Virus record (IMG/VR): IMGVR_UViG_3300027816_000051
Span: 186,001-250,000 of that record
DNA length: 64,000 bases
Reading direction: 5' to 3' (one strand)
A program made the position numbers and the translations under genes. Numbering within the stretch: position 1 is the stretch's first letter; every line of letters begins with the position of its first letter. Of this stretch, positions 42,810 to 50,612 are shown in pieces. The notes under the pieces are model-generated. The model saw only the letters and a program-made list of their open reading frames with translations, did not search any database and was not told where the DNA came from.

Positions 42810-43115
42810 TCAAATTGATGTCAATCTGAATATTCGTTTGAACTCTTTTTCAATTCTTCTGAATCTTATTTCGTCTTTTTCTCTAACATAACGCGATATT
42901 GTTTTGTTAAATTGAAAGTTAGAACGAGTAAGAAGATAGATAAATTTTCTCCTCTCCACTTTGTGACCTTCAAAGTTGTATGCCCATTCAACATCAACCG
43001 AAATATAATTTTCAGTTTCAATGATGTCACACACTTTACCTTCTTTTTCCGATTTTTTTAGGTAGTTCATTACTTCCTCATCGGTATTCAATGATATGTC
43101 GTTATAGTTTTTCAT
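42810..43115 (-). CDS. Hypothetical protein (probably leaderless)
   Basis: ATG 4 nt after TATATTTG; TGA stop inside the motif at 42805. Confidence 0.6.
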   Translation of the reverse strand: MKNYNDISLNTDEEVMNYLKKSEKEGKVCDIIETENYISVDVEWAYNFEGHKVERRKFIYLLTRSNFQFNKTISRYVREKDEIRFRRIEKEFKRIFRLTSI

Positions 43116-43350
43116 AATACAAATATACAATTCATTTTATGATATCCAAATTTATTTTAAAATATCCAATAACACCATCTACTGTTTCACCCGGCGTCGT
43201 AAAAATTTTGGTTGGCTGACCACATAAAACACTTAAATATAATAGGTTATCCGCCAAACAAAATCCCCACCAGGCGTGGGCTGGGCGAATTCTGGTATAA
43301 AAAAAAATCCCCGACTTTCGCCGAGGACTTTTCACCTAACCAAACAAAAT

Positions 43351-43758
43351 CTATTCGTATTCTTCTGCGTACAATTCACCCGTGAGGTACATGTCGTAAG
43401 TTTTTACTTCACCCTCCAACACTTCGGTTACTTTGTCAATAAGACTTTGGGTAATTTTCTTTACTCCATATTCTTCACGGACTTTCTTCTTTGAAACAAA
43501 GTACCAACCAACTTGTCCACTATCCCAACGACAACTGAACGGACTTGTGTTCATTGTAATTCCCGAGTGGTCGTACAAGTAAAGAGGTAAGATAACACAA
43601 ACATCTTCTTCTTTGATGATTGCGTTTTTCATTTCTTCCCAACCATTGTAGTTATTGTGGTTGTAGTCGTGTTTGTCTCCAAGGTCGTAACGTCCGTGAA
43701 AACACACCATTTTTCCGAGGTTGTCCCAACTCCGTGGGTTGTCAAAATCTTGATACAT
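43351..43758 (-). CDS. Conserved phage hypothetical protein
   Basis: PRSWDNLG, LPLYLYDHSGIT, WDSGQVG, YLTGE. Confidence 0.7.
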   Translation of the reverse strand: MYQDFDNPRSWDNLGKMVCFHGRYDLGDKHDYNHNNYNGWEEMKNAIIKEEDVCVILPLYLYDHSGITMNTSPFSCRWDSGQVGWYFVSKKKVREEYGVKKITQSLIDKVTEVLEGEVKTYDMYLTGELYAEEYE

Positions 43759-44367
43759 AGTCGTTATTATTTATTGGTTTATACAAATATATAACAATTT
43801 TATTCGTTTACCAAATCTTTTTTGCCAAACTTTATTCGTCTGTACGCCTTCGCCGAAGGTTTCGACTTCTGTAACATTTTCCTACGGACTATTTGTGCGA
43901 CGTGTCTCACACTTAATCCATTAAGGGTTTCATTCTTCATAGTTAAATTCGGTTTCATCTTCTATTTCTTTAAGTTTTTGTTCAAACTCATTTCTCATTT
44001 CATCGGTATCAAAGATTGGTTGTTTAGTTTCATCATCAATGTAATAGTAAACACCGACTTTGATTTCCGTTGGGATTGATTTCTTACTCATAGTAATTAT
44101 GTATTACGATACAAATATAAAACTATATTCAGTATAATCCAAATTTTTTTTCATACCTGTCGTCTCCATCCCACAAATTGTTTGGCGTGTTGTTTAATGT
44201 TTTGACCGAAAGATTAAACAAAACATATAGTGTAATACGCCTTTATTGAGTGTCATACAGTGCCAACCAAATTTAGGATACAGCACGTGCTGTGAGGTGA
44301 AACTAAAACGCAACAAAAAAGGGTAACATTTCTGCTACCCTTTTCCACCGCAACCGAGTTAAACCAA

Positions 44368-44916
44368 TTAAATCGACAAGTACAGGCGGTTGTGGTTGTA
44401 TAGTGCGACTGGGTTTTCTTCCGCAATCTTACCATATTCCTTTTTAATGATTTCGTACATTCTATCTTGTGGTTCGTTAATACACTCCGATAAAAGTTCA
44501 CAAAAACCATAGTTACTTTCATCAACTACTTCTTGTTCGGTACCAGGTAAACCACAATAGTACGCTTCCCCTACTTCGGAAATAAACATTCCCGAATAAA
44601 AACCTTTCAACTTAAAGTGATTAACGAATTTGTCCGCGTTACACCAAATAAAAATTGAATTGTCTTTTTCTTTTAATAGGTACACCATACTTTCATCAAT
44701 GATGAAACCATTTGAACCAGGAAATTGTCCAACCGAGAACAATCCCATAGGTGCTCCGTGTCCACACATTATTACTCTGTCGTGGGCGTCGATAAGTTTT
44801 CTAACTTCTTCTTTTGTTACCCCACCCGTGATAATTGTCTTATTCGGTATAGGTTCGTACACAATATCTAAAAATTGTGTCGATTTGTCTTTTGGATGAA
44901 TTACAAGTGTTTTCAT
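44368..44916 (-). CDS. Hypothetical protein with possible His-Cys peptidase dyad
   Basis: VIMCGHG and IFIWCNA. Confidence 0.5.
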   Translation of the reverse strand: MKTLVIHPKDKSTQFLDIVYEPIPNKTIITGGVTKEEVRKLIDAHDRVIMCGHGAPMGLFSVGQFPGSNGFIIDESMVYLLKEKDNSIFIWCNADKFVNHFKLKGFYSGMFISEVGEAYYCGLPGTEQEVVDESNYGFCELLSECINEPQDRMYEIIKKEYGKIAEENPVALYNHNRLYLSI

Positions 44917-45552
44917 TATTTTGTCGATTTTATGATACAAAGATATAACGAGTTTTTTATTCTACCAAATTTATTTTTATTTTTCTTGCCAACTAACCAA
45001 ATAGTAACTTACCATTCGGTAACATCTCAGAACCGCTGCGTCGGGAAAATTTTGGTTGGCGTTCTTACAATCTGTAAAGTAAAAACCTACTAATCTGTAA
45101 AGTGGATGCCAAACAATTTTCACCCTGAACCGTGACTCAGGACTTCAGGTCATAAAAAAACCCCAACTTTCGTTGAGGTCTTGTCTTTACTCTTCTTCAC
45201 TATCCCGAAAAATTTGAATCGCTTCGTTGAACAATTCATTCTGTAATTGAAATAGTGTATATCCACTCTTAATACATTCATCTACCCAATCATTATCACC
45301 TTCAAAAATTCCTTCCCAACTTCTATTCGGTGGTAAACCCATTTCGTTTTCGGTTTGAATATGTTGGTAAATTAAACCAACAACTTCTTGTCTTGTCATT
45401 TTAATTAGTTTTGGTGAAACACAAAGATAAAACATTTTTTCGTATAATCCAAATTTTTTTATATCTTTCTTGCCAACCAATTTTCACCCTGAACCGTGAC
45501 TCAAGTTCTTCAGGTCATAAAAAAACCCCCACCTTTCGGTGAGGGTTCGTTG

Positions 45553-45855
45553 TTAAAAAACTTCGGGTTCAAACTCAATTTGTGGGATACCCAATAGTTC
45601 GTAATCATCAAATTCCCCCCAATCGGGTTCATTGAAATAACGAAAACGGACATCCATAGTTCCATCTTCGTTCCACCAAATACGGACTTGGGTTCGGTGG
45701 TCGGAAATAAAAAACCCTTCAAGTTGTTCCAACTTCTCAATTAGAGGTTGAACATCCGAATCGTCAATAGTTACTTCTTCGTTATTAACGAGGAAATCAT
45801 CAACACATTCACAATTACCATCGTAGTCGATAGAGAAATCAATGTACTTTTCCAT
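45553..45855 (-). CDS. Acidic hypothetical protein
   Basis: Cassette with promoter and terminator. Confidence 0.6.
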   Translation of the reverse strand: MEKYIDFSIDYDGNCECVDDFLVNNEEVTIDDSDVQPLIEKLEQLEGFFISDHRTQVRIWWNEDGTMDVRFRYFNEPDWGEFDDYELLGIPQIEFEPEVF

Positions 45856-46144
45856 TTTGTTTTTTTTGTTTTATTGGTTTAACAATACAAATATAAATCA
45901 AATTTTAATATACACAACATTTGAGTATATTTTTTTTTATCTATTTTGCCAAACTACCACGAAACAGATGACCACCTGTCGTCAAATCCGAAAAATTGTT
46001 TGGCGTAGGTGTAATACAATGTATGATAGTGTCATACAACGCCAACCAAAATTCCGAGCTGCAACTGTGCAGCTCCACTGCACACATCCGAGCAAAAAAA
46101 ATCCCCGACTTTCGCCGAGGACTTTCCACCTAACTAAACCAAAC

Positions 46145-46519
46145 CTAATATGAACCAAACCTTTCTTTTAACGCCACGTCAAACGCGGACATAAATGTTA
46201 CTTGTTCTTTGACTTCTTCAAGTGAAAGTTTGGTATCACCATTTTCACCCGTTTCATCATCGTAACCCATTATCAACCCATTACCCGATAGAGGTTGTCG
46301 GTAATTTTTCAACTTGAAAAACTTTGTGTTTTCATCAACACTCATTATACCTTCTTCATCAACATACACATCGTTTTCGTTGTTGTAACTAACAATCTCA
46401 AAAATAGAACACTTTAAGTGTCCATAGATACTTGGTAACTGACTACCAGTTTCATCACGAACAACTTCAACTTCGGAAATTGTTTTGTTTTCTACGTCGA
46501 TTAAAATTCCTCTTGACAT
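46145..46519 (-). CDS. DUF3846-like protein
   Basis: DVYVDEEG, PLSGNGLIMG. Confidence 0.6.
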   Translation of the reverse strand: MSRGILIDVENKTISEVEVVRDETGSQLPSIYGHLKCSIFEIVSYNNENDVYVDEEGIMSVDENTKFFKLKNYRQPLSGNGLIMGYDDETGENGDTKLSLEEVKEQVTFMSAFDVALKERFGSY

Positions 46520-46614
46520 TTCTTTTTTGTTTTATTGGTTTAACGATACAAATATAATACTATTTCTTTTATATTCCAAATCTTTTTTTGCCAATCAAAT
46601 TCCAACATCTCCCG

Positions 46615-47980
46615 TCAGGAGGTCAGGTATTTCTTGTCTTTGACAAATTTGAGGTGTCTACATTCCTCAATAGTCAATCCCACAAATTCGTTGGGAGTGA
46701 AACTGATTTCATCGGGATAGTAGTCGAACAAAAATTCTTCTTGTCCATTTTCCATTGTAACCCACACTTGGGGCATCGGGTCGAACAAACTCTTTGGTTG
46801 TTCCGTAATACGAGATGAGATAACTTTCATGATTTTGTCTATTGGTTTAACTATACAAATATAAAACTATTTTTCTTATATACCAAATTTATTTTTATTT
46901 TTCTCAGAACCGTCGTCCGTATCCAAAAATTGGTTGGCGTAGGTGTAATACGATACTCACTATTTGTCATACGGCGCCAAACAATTTTCCTTCAGGGCCC
47001 TGACTCAAGTCCTGAAATGTTCACCTTATCAATAAGGGAAACAAATAAAAAACCCCCACCATTACTGATGAGGGTTAGTCTGAACCAACAAACTAAATTC
47101 AATTTAAACAAAGATTTTTCATAAGGTCGGAAACTTGGTAAGGTTTATAAAAATCAAAAACCTCTTGATGTTTTTCATCGGTTACAAAATTGTGGAACTC
47201 AACATTCAAAACGCCCTTGTCAAAGGTTGTTTCAACACTACACAAAATTTCGTGTCCATCCCTTTCAATGATTTGTGGAACAACTCGGTCGTACACCATT
47301 CTACCGATTGGGTCGTTTGGTACTGGTCCACCACCAACACCATACTCGGTTTCCCCTTCTTCGTTTACTTTTTTCAAAAGGTACATTTTTACATTGGGTA
47401 CACTATCGTTTGTTCCCAACATTTCTTCGGTACTCACTTTTGCGGAGTGTGTCATTCCTTGAATAAAATCTCTGATTTCTTCAATGTCTTTGTAATTGTT
47501 CATACTTGTTCTTTTTATTTGGTTTAACAATACGAATATAATATGATTAAACGGATATTCCAAATAAATTTATATTTTTTTTGCCAACTTACGATACAAG
47601 ATGTCGAGGGACAGAAGACGGATTTTGATTTTTGGTTGGCGAGCGTAATACGATAATACCAATGTGTAATACCCCGCCAAACAATTTTCTACGCTGCTCA
47701 AATCCACCACAGAACCTCGTGTAAATAAAAAACCCCCAACTTTCGTTGAGGGTTAATTACCATTTTGGAATTTTTAGAACCTTTGAGGTTGTGGTTTCTT
47801 TTTACTCTTGATGTAATTTTTGATGTCCTCAAACAAAATGATAAAGAACATACCAATACCCATACAAGAAAATAAGAACATACCCATTTGATTGTCTACG
47901 GGAATATCCCAAGTTAATGATACCCACATTGAGTAAACAATGAACCCGATGATTGCGATGTAAGGAAATAACTTTTTCAT
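46615..47980 (-). other. Three single-gene cassettes (46615-46830, 47099-47503, 47774-47980; the last is a two-TM protein)
   Basis: Each has its own -33/-7 promoter. Confidence 0.6.
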
Positions 47981-48078
47981 AATTGTTTCTTTTGTTTGGT
48001 TTAACGATACAAATATAATATAAGTTTCAATATAAACAACATTTTTTTATATCTATTTTGCCAACTTGATAACACCAA

Positions 48079-48276
48079 CAACTTCTCCTTCGAGCAACAG
48101 CGCATGGTTGGAAATTAGATTGGCGGTTTTAGCAACACCTAAAGCATTTAGCAACTTCTCCTTCGAGCAATTGCGCATGAGGGAAATTAGATTGGCGGTT
48201 TTAGCAACACCTAAAGCATTTAGCAACTTCTCCTTCGAGCAATTGCGCATGAGGGAAATTAGATTGGCGGTTTTAG
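48079..48276. repeat. 72-bp tandem repeat, about 2.7 copies
   Basis: Unit caacttctccttcgagcaattgcgcatgagggaaattagattggcggttttagcaacacctaaagcatttag starts at 48079 (variant), 48152 and 48224. Confidence 0.95.
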
Positions 48277-48479
48277 TCCGTGTCGGCGCATTTGCAACAA
48301 ACTCGCCAAACAATATCTAACAGCGCAGCCCGGGTGAAATTCTGTTCCCAAATTTTTTCTTACTTTTTTTATTCGTTCCCGCCAAACAACATTCCCGATG
48401 GTTCACGGGGTTCGGAAAATTTCACACACAAAAAAAGGGGATACTTTCGTACCCCCTTCGGTTTTTCTTTCGGTGTGTG

Positions 48480-49043
48480 TTACTCCTTTACAATTTCGTA
48501 CCTATCTCCGTTTACCGAAATTTCAAGTACATTGTCAAGGTCGGGTGTTATCGGTTTAACCTCTCTATCCAAACCTTGTTTTTCGTTACTACTCTTTCTA
48601 TCACTTATCCACTTTTCAAACAATGTTTTGTCTATTGAGTTACCACGAAATTCGTACTCCGTTGTTCCTTTGATTTCGGGAAACCACTCTACCATAAGGT
48701 AGGTTTTTGTTTCGGTGTCGGTGTCAGTCAGTAATGATTTACTGATATGTTTTTTACCCGTTGGACTTTCAACCTTAAAGGTGTTCGGGTCTTTACCCTC
48801 TTTCATAAGGTTGTTGTGTACCCTCTTTTCGTAGTCAGTTACCAAACGATAAGTTTTAGATGATACCTTAAAGATTTCCTTATAGTAAGGGTTTAATTCT
48901 TTGGTGTCCTTTGTCTTTTGTAAAACTTCTTTGTAAAGGGTTTTCATTTTTACCCCTACAAAAGTGTTAGGACTTTTTTCCTCAATCTCTTTGATGATAC
49001 TGATGATTTCGGACTTCGTTACTTTTTTGATTTCTTTGTTCAT
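48480..49043 (-). CDS. Hypothetical protein
   Basis: Cassette with promoter and terminator; NPY, DYEKRV motifs. Confidence 0.65.
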   Translation of the reverse strand: MNKEIKKVTKSEIISIIKEIEEKSPNTFVGVKMKTLYKEVLQKTKDTKELNPYYKEIFKVSSKTYRLVTDYEKRVHNNLMKEGKDPNTFKVESPTGKKHISKSLLTDTDTETKTYLMVEWFPEIKGTTEYEFRGNSIDKTLFEKWISDRKSSNEKQGLDREVKPITPDLDNVLEISVNGDRYEIVKE

Positions 49044-49304
49044 ACTTTTATTTTTTAGTTTGTTAGGAATACACAAATATAAAACACTATTTCATATAAA
49101 CAAAACTTTTTTTTATTTATTTCGCCAGACTACCACGAACCCGATGACCACCTGTCGTCCGTATCCGAAAATTGGTTGGCGAGTCGGTGCAATTATGGTC
49201 TATTCGCCAATCAAATTTCCACCTGAACCATCTCCTCAAGTTCACACAAATCTTCTTGGACAAAAAAAATCCCCACCTTTCGGTGAGGACTTTCGGTGTG
49301 GTGT

Positions 49305-49562
49305 TTAATCTTCTTCACCCTCTTCAATTCCCGACATTACAACTTCGGTCAAGTGATTAACAAAGGTTTCGTACAACTTGTAATCCAACATAACCTTTTG
49401 TCTTGTGTGTACAAGGGTTACGTTCTTTTCGTTTTTTTCATCGTACAACTCATTTGTTAGGTCATTCGTGAAATCAGTACCATTCCACTCGTAGTCAATT
49501 TGGTTTGACAATAACTGGTCAATTTTACTTTTAACCAAGTTTTTAACTTTTTGTGTGTCCAT
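49305..49562 (-). CDS. Hypothetical protein (first gene of the - strand block)
   Basis: TATCTTTG upstream, terminator downstream. Confidence 0.6.
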   Translation of the reverse strand: MDTQKVKNLVKSKIDQLLSNQIDYEWNGTDFTNDLTNELYDEKNEKNVTLVHTRQKVMLDYKLYETFVNHLTEVVMSGIEEGEED

Positions 49563-49697
49563 ATTTTTATTAATTGGTTTGTGGGTACAAAGATATAACA
49601 ATTTTAAAATAATACAAGTGAAAGTTATTCACATCCTGAATGTGGATTTTGACCACCCTGAACCTGACGACCCCCATCCCACAAATTGTTTGGCATA

Positions 49698-49940
49698 CCC
49701 CCTATACCTACCCCCTCCCCTCAAACCATACCCCCCTCCCTCCCGTATCCCCCCTTAATATAGGGTATTTTGGGTGTCTGTAGAGGGGGGACAATACCTT
49801 AACAGAAATTTTTCCGGAAAAAATCTGAAAAATCGGAAAGTACCCCCTTTTCTGAAAAAAAAATTTTGGGAAAAAATCTAAAAATCTGAAAAAAGGTCAA
49901 AAACCGTTTCTGGAATTTCCGGAAAATTTTTCAAAAAATT
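49698..49940. other. C-run/G-run tract plus A/T-tract region at the strand divergence
   Basis: At least seven C3-C6 runs in 49698-49754, then repeated aaaaatc(t/g)gaaa and tttccggaaa elements. Confidence 0.6.
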
Positions 49941-49992
49941 TGGAATATTCAAAAAGATATCATAACTTCGTATCAACATAAGAAAAGAAGTC

Positions 49993-50610
49993 ATGAAAAA
50001 AGTTTTTTATTTATTACCACTCGTGGTATTCGTCACAATCGGAGCGGTCCTTTCATTTACCACCGAGGGTCAAACAATCGTTCAACAGATAAAACCAAAT
50101 AAGGTTATCTACATACAACCAATGGGTGATGTGAAACAAGAGTATTTGGAATTGGTAGAAAAGACCGTGGAATCTTTTTATGGTTTTGAATGTATTGTAA
50201 ATCCTAAGGACCCTTTAACCAATAATCTTTTGGCCGAAAGTAAAACAAGGTATTCTGCCAATAAGATACTAAGACAATATAGAGGGAAAGATAACTATCT
50301 AATTTTAACCGAGAAGGATATTGCAACACCAAGTCGTGGATATCCTGAATGGGGTGTGTTAGGATTGGGTTACAGACCTGGTAGTGTATGTGTGGTATCA
50401 ACGTTCAGAATGAAACGTAATGTTAGTGTGGATGTAATTAAGGAGAGAATAAAAAAAGTGTCCATACATGAAGTTGGACACAATTTAGGTTTGGACCACT
50501 GTACAAATCATCCTGAATGTTTAATGAATGATGCCAATGGTACAATCAAACAAGTTGATAGAGAAAAGATGTGGTTGTGTGATAGATGTAAACAGATTAT
50601 TGGTATGTAA
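49993..50610 (+). CDS. Archaemetzincin-like (M54) zinc metalloprotease with N-terminal anchor
   Basis: HEVGHNLGLDHC, CLM, LCDRC. Confidence 0.88.
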   Translation: MKKVFYLLPLVVFVTIGAVLSFTTEGQTIVQQIKPNKVIYIQPMGDVKQEYLELVEKTVESFYGFECIVNPKDPLTNNLLAESKTRYSANKILRQYRGKDNYLILTEKDIATPSRGYPEWGVLGLGYRPGSVCVVSTFRMKRNVSVDVIKERIKKVSIHEVGHNLGLDHCTNHPECLMNDANGTIKQVDREKMWLCDRCKQIIGM

Positions 50611-50612
50611 CC

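Larger units (their letters stand above)
24557..49694. repeat. Dispersed 12-bp motif GCCARHCWAAWT (about 70 copies)
   Basis: Manual tally including degenerate copies: about 43 intergenic + strand (e.g. 25010, 30260, 33209, 37876, 45108, 49206), about 12 inside CDSs, about 16 reverse (e.g. ending 33171, 37839, 45060, 49694). Confidence 0.92.

Noticed and set aside
48079-48276. CRISPR array, or the ORFs 48053-48313 and 48066-48320
   Set aside because: Units are identical with no unique spacers; the ORFs just translate a 72-bp (multiple of 3) repeat.
24557-49694. Classical integron with attC sites
   Set aside because: No RYYYAAC/GTTRRRY cores, no integrase in the window, and cassettes carry their own promoters; kept only as an analogy.
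24557-49694. Motif as a simple Chi/KOPS-type site or eukaryotic NF-I site (TTGGC-N5-GCCAA)
   Set aside because: Phasing to promoters and inverted pairs are not expected for Chi/KOPS; half-site spacing varies from 4 to 75 bp and the context is a bacteriophage.
25842-49758. Many short + strand ORFs in the track within the - strand block (and antisense ORFs elsewhere)
   Set aside because: They are shadows of better-supported genes or cross promoters and terminators, and have atypical composition.
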